Shown here: piece by piece, positions 11,535 through 25,486 of the stretch
Numbering within the stretch: position 1 is the stretch's first letter
Layout of the letters: every line of letters starts with the position of its first letter
Source: Geosiphon pyriformis uo1
Lineage: Eukaryota; Fungi; Glomeromycota
Direction: 5' to 3'
Assembly (NCBI GenBank): GCA_016748015.1
Contig: JAAOMT010000303.1
Location: forward strand, 310,001-374,000
Length of the DNA: 64,000 bases
Position numbers and translations under genes: made by a program
Notes under the pieces: generated by a model
What the model was told of the DNA's origin: nothing
What the model saw: the letters and a program-made list of their open reading frames with translations, nothing else
The model's database searches: none

Positions 11535-14500
11535 TTAGATTTGTCTCATTTGTGACAGTCTGTTAGCATTTCTGTTTTCTTTTTCTTTTTTATAATGCAC
11601 TGTATAATTAAATAATGAAAGTTCTATTTTCTATCTGGCATGATGATCATTTTCAAATTCTTGCTTCTGAATTGAAGTCAATCCTTTGTAATCAGTGTAC
11701 ACATCAAACTTTTGACTCAAGTATTTCTTTTACTTAATAACAGCCCAATAGATGGCTAAGTGTTTCAGTGCTAAAGTTTCATAGTTTTTTTCAGCTGGAC
11801 TTAAGCTTCTACTGGGGTATGCTACTGGATGTTCTCATCCGTCCGGTCTTTTTTAAGATAATACTGCTCTTAATGCTTAACCAAATGCATCAGTTGTAAT
11901 TATAAATGGCTTGCTATGATCTGAATAAATCAGTACTAGAGCTTGAATAAGCTTTCTTCTTAATGTATCAAAAACTTCTTGCTGAATTTCTGTTCATTCA
12001 TATTTGGTGTTCTTTGTTTAGAACTGGTATAGTGATTAAGCTATTTTGAAAAAGTCTTTGATAAAGTGGTGGTAGTATCCAGCAAATCCCAAAAATGCTC
12101 TTAATTCTGTGAGATTATTTGGTACTAGAAAGTTCTTAATAATCTCAATCTTATCTGAATCCGTTTTAATACTATTTTTGCTCACAACATGTTCCAAAAA
12201 CTTGAGTTCTGTTTTTTCAAAGAAGCATTTGTTGGCATTTAGTTTCAATCCTGCTTATCTGAGTTTTTCAAATACTTGTTGGAGATGATGCAGATGATCA
12301 TCAAATATTTTTGAAAACACATTGATGTCATCCAAGTATACAACTACTGATTTTTATAGTAGTCCAGTATAGACAATTTCTATAAGTCTCTAGAAGGTGG
12401 CTGGAGCATTTATCAAGCCAAATGGCATAATCTTGAATTTGAAATTCCTTTTTCATGTTGTAAAAGCTGTTTTCTCCTTATCTTTTGATTTCATGGCTAC
12501 TTGCCAGTAACCACTGTTTAAGTCTAAAGTTAAAAACCATTTCTTTTCTCCAAAAGCATCAAAAAGTTCTTGGATCTTTGGAGTTGGATAGCTGTCTTCT
12601 TTTGTTACTCTATTCAGTTTTTGGTAATCCACACAAAAACGGATTTTTCTATTCTTCTTATGAACTAGTACCACTGATGATAACTATAGATTCATTGATG
12701 GCTAAATTAATCCATTGTTAAGCATCCAATTGATTTCTTGATAAATGATCTCATGGCTAGCTGGTGGTACTCTGTATGCTCTCTGTTTAATTAGCATTGT
12801 ATCTCCAGTCTTGATTTGATGTTGGATGATGTCAGTTCTGCCAAATTCATTTTTACTGGTAAAAATGTTATTGAAGTTGTTGAGTAACATCTTGAGTTGC
12901 ATCTGTTGAAGTGGATCTAAGTTCCCCATGTTTATTTGTTCTAATTGTTTTGGTTAGAGCAAATAACATTCACTTTGTCTGTAAATTGTTTGTAATGTAA
13001 TGTTGACATATTCACAAAGCTGTGGAAAGTCTGAAATAGAGTTTGGTGGTTGGTTTTCTACTTCTGTGCTTAGATATCTGATGATGGTTTTTTCTGGTAT
13101 TTCTACAATATTTCTTGTGTTGTTGTAGATAAGAATTTTGATGTGATTATGGTTCTTGGCTGGTATGTGAAAATTGATGAGTCCAATCTTTCCTGATCCA
13201 CAAATGGTTGGTTCAGCTTCAAAAATCTGCCCTTGATTTTTCACTTTTTTATCTATAGTGTAGATGTATTGGTCATATAATGAAATGGAAATTGATTGAC
13301 AGATTGAGATAATTTCTTCTTTGTCAACAATTTTTTCTTCTGCCATATTAACTGGTACGTCTATTCTACTTGTTGATCTGAATTTTTGTATCCCTCTTGC
13401 TGTTATTCCTAGTACTTCTCTATTTCCTACTAACACTAACTGAGCTACTTTCACCAGAGATAGGAATATTGCCTGTGCTATCTTTTCATTTAGCTCTATA
13501 ATATAGGCCTTTTCCGAATTATTTTGTAGTATTACAATAATATTTTCTATGTATCCTGTGTCAATTATTCCTTCTTTAATGTTGATTCTCTTTTTTGCTA
13601 AACTACTCCAAGATGCTAGTTGAACCATAGTGGTTGTTAGAATTTCCAGTACTATTTTGAGATCAATACATGTGTGTGAATGTGGTTTGAGTTTAATGGC
13701 ATCTTTTTCTGGATATCTTAGATCAAATCCTGCATTAGTATTTTGTATGTGTTTGGGCATGATATTTTCATTATTATTGCTGAACCATTTTAGTTTTTGC
13801 TCCTTAGTGAGGTCAGGGAGCATGATATATTGTTTGGAGTTTGAATCAGAGTTTGAATCTGAGTTAGAATCATTATTGTTATGGCCATATTGAACAGAAC
13901 TGGAACCATTGTTTTCATCATTATTGTTGTCGGAGTTTGAATTGAGATTGAAATTTGATTCTGACTCCAATATACAGCTGCTGATTGGTTCTTCCTCCTC
14001 TGGGATTGTGTAGATCATGTGGATTGGTGGATTGTAAATAAGATCACACTTATTACAATATTAAAAGTTACATGGAATCAAACAGTAGTCACAAAATTGA
14101 GTGTTGATTTCTTCCAAGTGTTGCTTCTGCTCTTCTCTTGTAGTGCTAAGTTCTGATAGTGTTCATGAAACTCTTCTGGGCCTGTCTCTATGTTAAAAAA
14201 AACGTCTGGGTTTGGGATGAAGACAATATTGACTGGTTCTAGTGGATTGTTCTTAATCTCTAAGATTTTGTTAGATGTGGTTCCTTCAATTTTGGTATTG
14301 GCCATATATTAGATCTCATCCTCATCATGTGAATACCCATCCAAGCGATTGATTGCTCAGTACCAGACTGCAGTAATAGGCATTCCATGACTCACCCAGT
14401 CACTGATGAGAATTGTGTATTGGCACAAAGCATTGCATGTTTTTCTTTGCCCAGGAATGTCATTCCACATTCCTTCATTGAGCAACTGTTTACCACAAGT

Positions 14501-17500
14501 AAGACATAGTTCATTGCCTCACTTTTCTTGATGTTTTGGGTACTTGTATTGTTCTCTATGGTATGGCTTACAGTAATAATATGTGCATGTTCAGTAGTCT
14601 TTATCTGGTGCTATTTAAGCTCCCATGGAAGAAAGTTTCTTCCCACAGTCTTTGTATTTGAGAGGTATGTATGGCAGTTGTGGCAATGGCTTGTGGACTA
14701 AATATGAATTTGTCCAGCCACTGTTTATTTCTTTGGTGTCTGTGGCTTCTTCGGGTATGTTTTCTTCTTCTCTCTCTTTTTCCTTTCCCTTGTTATCCTC
14801 TTCTCACTCTTAAGTTGACAGTTTGTCTAAGTCATTGTTAGTTTCCCAAGTTTGGTCTGTGTTTCAGGTAAGTTCTTCTTTTTGTTTTTCTTTTCTGTTG
14901 TTATTCTAAAAGAGTATTGGCAATAATTTGTTGTGGTTCTTGTCAGCTCATAACACTTGATAGGCTTCCTAGGTAGGTTTTTTTTTTCTTTTTTGAAGTC
15001 AATGAGTGGCCACATTGCAGTACTGAATCTGAAATGGCCACACATCACTGGTATTTGCATGTATTGGCAATTTTAACTGATTTGCAACTCTTGTATTGTC
15101 TAGTCAAGCATCACATTTGTTTTGGACAACCAGTCATTACCAACAAGGGCTTGGTAGTGAATAGCTTCCATGACCAGAACTTTGATTGATATTGTGATGC
15201 CATTGACTTTAATAGGGAAGTTGTCTATTTTACTAATAGGAGTTTTAGTCATTCTATCAGCTGTAATGATTCTAGCACTGGCAGCACAGTCAACTCAGTA
15301 ACTTAATTAATCCATGAGTTGTTTGGTAATAATGCTGCCAGCTGATTTACTATCTAGTATCAGTTTGATGAACTGACCATCAACTTTGGCATCCATATAC
15401 ATTGTGGTTATGTGTTTCTCTTCGAAAGTGGCTCCACTGAACAATAGAACTTTTGAAAATTTGTCAATTTCAAAGAGAAATATAGTGGTAAGTGACTCAT
15501 TTTCTATGATAGTTGCTGGTAAGATGTTGTTGGTAAGTATAGATTGTTGATTGGATCCCAGGTTGTGGAATTGGGTGTTTTTTGAGGTAACTAAGAGACT
15601 TAAATAGTGTTGGAAATTCAGATTTTGGGTGAGTCCAGTTTCCGAATTCTACAACCATGATCCTGTTGGATGTTGTAAGAAGCTGAAGATTGGTTAGTGA
15701 ACAACCATTGCTGATCTCCAGTTTTGAGTGATTCTGGATCTTGGGTTGCCTGATGTCATTTGAGCTGGGTTTTGGGACGGTATTTGAATTGGTTGAGGTT
15801 AATAAATTACTGGTGGCTGTGGTTGATAGATTGCTTGGGGCTGTGGTTGATAAATTGCCAGTGTCTGTGGTTAATAGATTGGGGGTGCATATACTGGTGG
15901 TTGGTAAATTGGCTGCTGCATTATTGACAGGTAAATAGGTTGATATTGATTTTGATTTGGGTGATGATTTGGGATCTGAAATCTGCAATCAAGGTTTCTG
16001 TATTGATTTCTCAATCGTGGGTTACTATAAGAATGGCAGTTGACTTGAATATGGTCTTGTTTACCATAGTTGTGGCAGACACATGTTTTAGACTGCTATG
16101 GCTGACTTGATAATAATAGTGGATGCAACTGATTTTGGAAATGATTTGTGTTTCTTATATTATTGTATCATTATGGTGACTAATAAAGTGCACGATTGTT
16201 AGCTAAGTATTTCTTTAACTTCTGATTGATTGAATTACTGAATTGTTTCAATTTGGAATCCAATTCAGATGATCTATTTATCACTAGATTAACAGCTTGG
16301 GCATGGTTGGCTTCTAATTCTGCTGCTTCAAAATCTTTGGTGTTAGTAACTGCAGCTTGAAGGTCTGCTGGGTGTAATGAACGTACACATTGGAGAATGC
16401 TACTGTGCAAACTTCTAATAAATTGATTTAAAATCTGTGGCACTGTAAAATAGTCAGTTTGGATTGCCTGAATTTGATGCAGATTTCTATAAAAGCATCT
16501 TAGATATATAGTAACTGCTTCAGTTTCCTCTTGTTTCATGGTGGTGAAAGTGTTGGCCAGGTAATTGATACTATTATTGTTATTAAAGTATCTCAAAAAC
16601 TCTGTTTTGAATGCATTGAAGATGACCAGTTTGTTGATCAAGTTTTGATACCAGAAATTGGTAGTGTCTTGTAAGAAGTATGGGATCACTTGAAGTGCTC
16701 TGGCATCATCCCAATTATTAATGGTAATGGCTTTTGCAATGTCATTAATCCATGCTTAGACATTATTCTCTTTGTCAGTGAATTTCTCAAGTTTGGTGAT
16801 TAAAACATAGGCTATTAGATTCAAGTTTAATGGTTGTTGTGCTGGTGGTTGAGGTTGTTGCAGCTGTTAAAGCAGCTGTTGGGGTTGTTGAAATAGTACT
16901 GATGGCAATTGAATTTGCTAACCAGATTGTTGTAATGGCTGGCCAATCAGTTCAACTGATTGATTAATTATGATTTCTGAAAGTATGTGTTGTTGATTAA
17001 TTAAATCAGAGTTTTGATTGTTCTGATTTGGCAGTGTTTGAATATTTGGAGTTCTGATTTCTGAATGTTCTAAATTTGGATTTTGTGAAGTTTGAATGTT
17101 CGGGGTTTCAACTTCTGGGTTTTCTGGGATCAGGTTTTGGTAAGTAAATTCCTGATCCTCTTTTTCTTCTTCTGATTTTGTTACTTCCCATGGGTCAGAA
17201 ATTCTGAAATTAGGTTGAGATGGTGGTAATCAATATCTTGATGACATAGGTGATTGCAATTTAAATTCTTCAAAATATTTGCCATATAGTCCTAACAATT
17301 CTTCTTTGTTTACTTTGGAATGAGAATCATCCAAAGGTTAATGTTGCATTTAATATGGATGCATATACTGAGAAGATATTGATGGCACTTCCTGGTATAT
17401 AATAGTATGATGAATTGGTTGGTGATTCAACTCTGGTTTTTTTCCAAGTGGGTAGTTGTATTTGTTTTGGTGTTACTGCTGGTGTTTGCAATTTTTCTTT

Positions 17501-17821
17501 GTCTTTGTCTGCATAGGTGATGAGAAATTGTTGTTGTGTATACTTTTTAATGGTTTGATTGATTTCCTTAATGATTGATGCAAAACTGTAGTTTTTTGGT
17601 AAGCTGGTATATTAGAACAATTCTGTATAGAAATTTTCTCTTGTGAATTCAATGTTAACTGTTCCTTCTAAGCAGTCTGTAATTTTGTTATTGACATAAA
17701 AGTTGAAAACTGATTCTGCTGGGAAATAATTATTGTTTAATTTTAATTGTTGGCTGTACTGTTGAAACAAGAATTTGGTGAATCCTAAATGGTTTGCTCT
17801 TATGTTTTCTGGTTCTGCCAC
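11535..17821 (-). pseudogene. pol: gag-pol of element C (Gag, CCHC, protease, Cys-rich insert, dUTPase, RT, RNase H)
   Basis: Gag ORFs 17612-17821 and 16180-16689; intact RT YLDD at 12327-12338; RFCVDYQKLN and LDLNSGYWQV (ORF 12453-12674). Confidence 0.88.
13370..13760 (-). pseudogene. dut: dUTPase domain in pol of element C
   Basis: Motifs AGFDL, (R)SSLA, GIIDTGY, EKIAQAIF, RGIQ(G)F(G)ST in ORF 12954-14018. Confidence 0.88.
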
Positions 17822-17883
17822 TTTTGGATGATTATTGTTGGTGCTGGTTCTTTGTAGGATTATATTTCACAAGGAGCACCAAA

Positions 17884-18722
17884 TGTTACAAGTGATTATT
17901 TGAGCTTTCAAAGCAAATAACAAATTTATAACTTGGTGTTCAATTGATATAATAATGTTGATTACTGAAGGTGGTTTGTATCTAAAGGTTTTGGTTAAGT
18001 TCTTTGTATAATGGACAGAGATTCAATAGTGGTTTTTAGTAGTCTTCCAGAATTGCAATTCTGTCAATTTTTTTCTCAGCTTGGTGGTCGACAATTCCCT
18101 GGTAAGTAATCCATAACTCTTGTATATGCTCTATCCACTTGCAAAGATCTTTTACCAGGCAATTCTTGACATCAATAATTCAGTGCTTAATTTTTTAATC
18201 AATTTAGTAACCAACAAAAGAAATAACAATAAAAAATAAAAGAAAACAAAAAAAAATAAAAAAATAAGCCAAGACAATTTTGCAAGTTAGTATTCTGTTA
18301 ATAGCCATGATCAAGAGCTATTGTTCTAGTGTGGTTAAGTATAAATTACTATCAACATAAAGTGTTGATAGTAAAAAGTGAATTGAGATAGTGAATAATT
18401 ATTTATTGATATTTGTAATGTGGAAGGTTGTTTAGATTAAATCTAAACTAAGAGGTCTGTCTTTTCTACTTCTAACACTACCACTATATATACATAATTA
18501 AAATTCCTCAATTCCTCAATTCTTCACACCAGAAATTCTGGAATTCCTGGAATTCTGTAATTCTTTTTGAAAGGAATCCTGCAATTTCTTGTATAAGAAT
18601 CCTGAAATTCTTGGAATCCTGCAATTCCTCTTGAGAAGAATCCTAGAATTCTGCATTTACTATGGCTACTTCTGATTGGCTAATTTATATGCTAATATAC
18701 TCCCTATATTCTATGAATAACA
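17884..18722 (-). repeat. 5' LTR of element C
   Basis: Followed on the minus strand by TT-TGGTGCTCC PBS (17866-17883). Confidence 0.92.
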
Positions 18723-18726
18723 CCAT

Positions 18727-19004
18727 AAAACAAAGGTAAAGAATTCATAGATTTAAGGATAGCTTACCAGGAGGATTACTGGCCATTATGCTGAGAAAGA
18801 AATTCGACAAAATTGTGATTCCAGGAGGCTACTGAAATCACAATTGAATCTCTGTCTATTATACAAAGAACTCAACCAAAACCTTCAGGCAATCAAACCT
18901 TTAGATACAAACAACTTTCAAATATTACTAATATTATCAAGCAAACTAATACCAAGTTACAGATTTGTTATTTGATTTGAAACTCCAAATAATTACCTGT
19001 AACA
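18727..19004 (+). repeat. 5' LTR of element B, second part (U5)
   Basis: Resumes after the CCAT TSD; ends TGTAACA and is followed by PBS TT-TGGTGCTTCCTGTGGGG. Confidence 0.88.
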
Positions 19005-19067
19005 TTTGGTGCTTCCTGTGGGGTATATTTTTACAGAGAACCAGCACTAACAAACAACCATCCAAAA

Positions 19068-22000
19068 GTGACAGAATTAGAAATAATAGGAACAAACCAT
19101 TTAGAATTCACCAAATTCTTATTTTAACAGTATAACCAACAACTAGGCTTAACCAACAACTATTATCCAGCAGAATCAGTCTTCAACTTTTACATTAATA
19201 AAAAAATCACAGATTTTTTAGGAAGACCAGTTAACATTGAATCAGCAAGAGAAAATTTCTATACAGAATTAATCCAACATACCAGCTTACCACGAAATCA
19301 TAGTTTTGTACCAATCATCAGGAAAATCAATCAAGAAATTGAAAGATATACTCAACAACAATTCCATTATCTACACAGATAAGGATAAAGAAAAGTTATA
19401 AACACTAGCAGCAACCCCAAAAGGAATACAATTACCAATATAGAAGAAATAAAGAATTAAATCTGCACTATATCCATCATATTATTACACACTCAGAAAT
19501 ACTATTAATATCATATTAGCAGACATGTTCACATCCAATGTGACATCAACATTTGGATAATTTCTATTTCAAAGTAAACAAAAAAAAGCAGAATTATTAG
19601 GAACTTATGACAATTATTTTGAAGGATTTAAATTGTGATTACCAATACCATCAGAATTTTGATCACCACTGTTTCAACCAGATTTTGGGACTGCAAGTCC
19701 CTAGAAGATAATAGAATCAGAAAAAAAAGAAAACAATAATCAAGAGTTCTATTACCACAATCTGATTATAGAAAATCCAGAAATTGAAACCCTAAATATT
19801 CAAACTCAGAAAAATCAACACAATCCAAACTCTGATTTTATTAATCAGCAAAACTTACTTCCAGTAATTGTAATCAATTAACTACTAATTGACCCAATTG
19901 TTAAGCCAATATAGCAACAACCACCAATACCACTTTAATAACCACCAGTACCACAGCAACAACCAATTGTACCAATAGGATATGCATCCATTGCCAAACT
20001 TGAAAAGTTTACTGGCGAAAAAGATGATATACAAGTATGGCTAAATGATGTGAAAAAAGCCATTGCAGCCAACAGATAGAATAACACCAGAGCCATGCAA
20101 GTCATTCCATATTTTTTTCAAGATACTACTGACTTGTGATATCAAAGCTTAATTAACAAACCCCAAGATTTTAATGCATTTAAGCTTGCATTCCTATCAT
20201 ATTTTAGTAACAATAATAGTATTAACCACTTGGCAAATATCTTCACTACTATTAAGCAAGAAAAAACTGAAGCAGTTACTACTTACCTAGAATGCTTCTA
20301 TAGAAATCTGCACCAAATTCAGACAATACAAGCCAATTATTTTACAGTGCCACAAATTTTAAATCAATTCATTCAAGGCTTGCACAGTAGCATTTTTCAA
20401 CATGTATGTCCATTACACCCAGCAGATTTTCAAGCAGCAGTTACTTACACCAGAGATTTTGAAGCTGTTGAATTAGAAGCCAATCATGTCCAAGCCATGA
20501 ATCTAGTAATGAATGGATTATCTGACTTGAATCCCAAATTGAAACAATTCAGTGATTTGATCAATCAGAAATTAGAAAGATACTTAGCTAACAACAATCA
20601 AACAATTTATCAACCTTTACAACAATACAATAATCAAGAAAACTCTAATTGTTTCCAAAATTAATTACATCCATTATTATTAACCAATCAACAGTGACAA
20701 CAGGAAATACGTGTTTGCCACTATTGGGATAAACAAAAACATTTGAGAATTGACTGCAGATTAAGAATAGATAACTAACAATTGGGAAATCAATATCAAA
20801 ACCCCAATTACCAGTTTCAAACTCCAAGATATCAATCCAATTCAGAACTATATCAACAGAATTACTTACCAGTGATGCAGCTGCCAATTTATCAACCATC
20901 TATTTATCAAACTTTGGCACCAGTTATTTATCAACCATAGCCACAAATAATATATCAACCTCAACAAATTTTAATACTGCCACCAAACTCAGTTCAAATA
21001 ACATCAGAAAATCTTAGATTTAAGATCACTCAAAACTGGAGATCGGCAATAATTGTTTATTAACCAATTTCCAGCTCATTAAACCAGCCATTAAGATCAT
21101 GTTAGCAGAATTCAAGAACTGAATACACCCAAAACCCAAGTTTTCAAAACTATTTAAGTCTTTTGGTTATCTTAGAAGATGCCACATTCAACAACTTGGA
21201 AGTCAAACAAAAGCAGCCACTTATCAACAACATATTGCCAGCAACTATTACTAAAGACAAATCACTTACCACCATCTTTTCTTTTGAACTCAAGAAACCA
21301 GTTGAAATATTACTATTCAGTAAAGTTGCTCTAGAATCAAAACCCATCACTGCAATATATACAGATGCTAAAGTTGAGGAGCAGCACATTAAACTGATCT
21401 TAGACAGTAGATTAGCTGGCAGTATCATCACTCAACAACTTATGGATCAATTAGGTTACTGAGTTGATCATGTTACCAGTACACAAATAATTACAGCTAA
21501 TGGAGCAATGAAGATTCCAATCAGTGAAATAGATGACTTTCTATTTGAAGTCAACAGCATCATAATACCAATCAAGATATTGGTAATAGAAGCTACTCAG
21601 TACCAAGCTTTCATTAGGAACAACTGGCTGTCTAAAACCAATGCCATGCTCAATTAAAACACCTAAGAACTGCAGCTCAGCCAAAACAGCTACCACACAC
21701 ATGTGCCAGCCACTTGTGGTTATTTCAAGACCACTATTAATAACAAGCCACTTATCAAATTGGAAGAAAAAAAAAAAACCTACCTGGAAAGCCTACCAAA
21801 TTTCCTGGGCCAACACTGAACACAACAAGTTACCACTAGTACTTTCTTGAAATGACAAAGAAAAAGGAAAGGAAAAGAACACATCAGAAAAAAACACCAC
21901 CATAGAAGAAATAACTAGTGGCTGGGAAAAATCTTATTCATACAAGCTACTAAAGCAACCACTATATATCTCACTTAAATGCCAAGATTATGGCAAGAAA

Positions 22001-23355
22001 CTTTCTTTCATGGAAGCTTGAATTGTGTTCAACAAAGATTACTGGATACAAACTCACTATTACTGCAAACCATACTACAGAGAACAGTATGACTACCCAA
22101 AACAACAAGACAAATGGGACAACAAACCATGTTTTATTTGTGGAGAACAGTTACTTAACAAAAGAATGTGGAACAACATTCCTGGTTAAGGAGGAACATG
22201 TGATATTTTATGCCAATACATAATTCTTATTAGTGATTGGGTAAGTTGTGAGACTCCCATTACTGCAGTCTGGCACCAAGCAATCTTTTGTTTGGATGGT
22301 TACCCACATGACAAGAACAAGATCTGGCAAATAGTGAATGCCAAAGTTAAAAGAGCCACATCCAGTGAAATCTTGGAAATTAAAAATAATTCTTCAGAAC
22401 CAGTTAACATCATTTTCATTCCAAACCCAGATGCTTTTTTTAACATAAAGACAGATTCAGAAGAGTTTTATGAGCACTATTAGAATTTAGCACTTACAAG
22501 AAAAAAGCAGAAACAGCATTTAGAACAACTAAACACCTAACTATGTGATCATTGTTTGATTCTATATGACTTCTAATATTATAATAAGTGTAATCTTATC
22601 TACAATCTACTATTATGCATGATCTACATAATTCTAGAGGAAGACAAACCAATCAGCAGCTGTATATTAAAATCAGAATCACTGTTCAATTCTGATTTAA
22701 ACTCTGACAATGATAATAACAATAACAACAGTTCCAGCTCTATTTAAATTGGCAATAGTGATAACAATAATTCAAACTTAAATTCAAATTCTAAACAATA
22801 CATCACACTCCCTGACCTTACCAAGAAGCAAAAATTGAGATGGTTCAATGATAATAATAAAAGTATTATGCCAGAATGTATGCATAATACTGATGCAGAG
22901 TTTGATCTAAGATATCTGGAAAAAGATGTCATCAAATTAAAACCATATTCACATACCTGTATTGATCTCAAAGTAGCACTGGAAATCCCAGCAACAACAA
23001 TGGTTCAGTTAGCATCCAAAAGTAGTTTAGCGAAAAAAGAGATTAACATCAGAGAAAAAATAATTAACACAGAATATGTGAGAAATATTATTGCAATACT
23101 ATAAAATAACTCAAAAAAGACCTATATCATAAAGCCAAACAAAAAGATAGCATAGGCAATATTCCTGTCTCTTGTTAAAATAGCTCAATTAGTATCAGTA
23201 GAAAACAAGAAAGAATTAGAGATTACAGCTAAAGAGATATAGGGATTTGGATTCATAAATAGAATAGATGTATCAGTTAATATGACAGAAGAAGAGATTG
23301 TTGACAAGAGAAAAATTATCTTTACCTATTAATTAATTTCTATTTTATTATATAA
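19068..23355 (+). pseudogene. gag: gag-pol of element B, 5' part (Gag, knuckle, protease, Cys-rich insert, dUTPase)
   Basis: ORFs 20230-20664 (capsid-like), 21163-21462 (LILDS(R/G)LAGSII protease) and 22835-23104 (dUTPase); interrupted by D. Confidence 0.85.
22870..23260 (+). pseudogene. dut: dUTPase domain in pol of element B
   Basis: DAEFDLRY, ASKSSLAKK, IINTEYVRNI, KKIA*AIF and a GFG C-terminal motif. Confidence 0.82.
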
Positions 23356-24210
23356 TGTTACTCATAGAATATAAGGAGTATATTAGCATATAAATTAGCC
23401 AATCAGAAATAGCCATAATAAATGCAAAATTTTAGGATTCCTCTCAAGAGGAATTGCAGGATTCCAGGAATTTCAGGATTTTTATACAAGGAATTGCAGG
23501 ATTCCAGAACTTCAGAATTTCTCTCAAAAAGAATTACAAGATTCCAGGAATTTCAGAATTTTTGGTGTGAAGAATTGAGAAATTGAGGAATCTCAATTAT
23601 GTATATATAGCAGTAGTATTAGAAGTAAAAAAGACAGACCTCTTAGTTTAGATTTGATCTAAGCAATCTTCTGCATCACAAATATCAATAAATAATTATT
23701 CACTATTTCAATCCACTTTCCACTATCAACTTGAAGTGTTGATAGTAATTCATACTTAACCACACTAAAACAATAGCTCTTAATCATGGCTATTAATAAG
23801 ATACTAACTTGCAAAATTGTTTTGGCTTATTTCTTTATTTTTTTTTGTTTTCTTTTATTTTTTATTGTTATTTTTTTTGTTGGTTACTAAATTAATTAAA
23901 GAATTAAGTGCTGAATTATTAATGTCAAGGATTGTCTGGTAAAAAACCTCTATGAGTGAGTAGAACATGTACAAGAGTTATGGATTACTTACCAGAGAAT
24001 TGCTGGCCACTAAGCCAAGAAAAGAATTGACAGAATTGTGATTCCGAGAGGCTACTGAAAACCACTATTGAATTTCTGTCCATTATACAAAGAACTCAAC
24101 CAAAATCTTTAGATACAAACCACCTTCAGTAATTAACATTATTATATTAATTGAGTACCAAGTTACAGGTTTGTTATTTGCTTTGAGACCTCAAATAATC
24201 ACTTGTAACA
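23356..24210 (+). repeat. 5' LTR of element D (CCAAT ~23399, GAATTC-rich array, TATA ~23602, AATAAA ~23687)
   Basis: TG...CA ends; direct repeat of 42725-43558. Confidence 0.92.
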
Positions 24211-24212
24211 TT

Positions 24213-24228
24213 TGGTGCTCCCTGTGAA
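24213..24228 (+). promoter_or_regulatory. Primer-binding site TGGTGCTCCCTGTGA (tRNA 3'-end complement; tRNA identity not determined)
   Basis: Begins TGG 2 nt after the LTR; conserved in B, C, D and E. Confidence 0.8.
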
Positions 24229-24272
24229 ATATAATTTTACAGAGAACCAGCACCAACAATAATTATCTAAAA

Positions 24273-25486
24273 GTGGCAGAACCAGAAAACATAGGAGCAA
24301 ACCATTTAGGATTCACCAAATTCTTATTTCAACAGTACAGCCAACAATTAGGATTAAACAATAACCATTTTCCAGCAGAATCAGCCTTTAACTTTTATGT
24401 CAATAACAAAATTACAGACTGTTTAGGAAGAACAGTTAGCATTGAATCTGCAAGAGAAAATTTCTATACAGAATTGTTCCAACATACCAGCTTACCAAGA
24501 AACTACAGTTTTGCATCAATCATCAGAGAAATCAATCAAACCATTGAAAAGTACACACAACAACAATTTCCCATCACCTACACAGACAAAGGCAAAAGAA
24601 GATTGCAAACACTAGTAGTAACACCAAAACAAATACAACCACCCACTTGGATGAAAACCAGAGTTGAATCACCAACCAATCTATCATATCATTATACACC
24701 AGGAAGTGCTATCAATATCTCCTTAATAGATGTGTCCACATTAAATGTGACATCAATCTTTAGATGATTTTTATTCCAAAATAAACAAAGAAGAGCAGAA
24801 TTGTTAAGACCATATGGTAAATATTTTGAAGGATTTAAATTGCAATTACCAATGCCATCAGAATATTGATTATCACCACCTCAACCTGATTTCGGAATTT
24901 TTAATCCATGAAAAGTAACAAAATTAGAAGAAAAAGAAGAGAATCAGAAATTTACTTACCAAAACCTGATCCCAAAAAACCTGGAAGTTAAAACCCCAAA
25001 TGTTCAAACTTCACAAAATCCAAATTTAGAACATCCAGAAATCAGAACTCCGAATATTCAAATACTGCCAAATCAGAACAATCAAAACCCTGATTTAATT
25101 AATCAACAATACATACTTCCAAAAATTGTAATTAATCAATTAGTTGAATTGATTGGCCAGCTATTACAACAACCTGGTTAGCAAATCCAACTACCACCAG
25201 TACCATTTTAACAACTCTAACAGCTGCTTTAACAGCTGCAACAACCTTAACCACCATCACAACAACCATTAAACTTGAATCTAATAGCTTATGCTCCAAT
25301 CACCAAACTCAAAAAATTCACCAGTAAAGAGAACAATGCCCAAGCATGGATCAATAATATCGCAAAAACCATTATCATTAATAATTGGGATGATACCAAA
25401 GCACTTCAAGCGATCTCATACTTCTTATAAGACACTACCAATTCTTGGTATCAAAGCTTAATTAACAAACTAGTTATTTTTGATGC
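24273..25486 (+). pseudogene. gag: gag of element D, 5' part (interrupted by E)
   Basis: ORF 24273-24767 (GTG start); capsid-like region resumes at 35536. Confidence 0.8.

Larger units (their letters stand above)
8577..18722 (-). mobile_element. Ty3/gypsy LTR retrotransposon C (family 2; close relative of D), uninterrupted, 10146 bp
   Basis: LTRs 8577-9414 and 17884-18722 with TG...CA ends; TSD CCAT (8573-8576 / 18723-18726); PBS TGGTGCTCCTTGTG and PPT on the minus strand. Confidence 0.93.
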
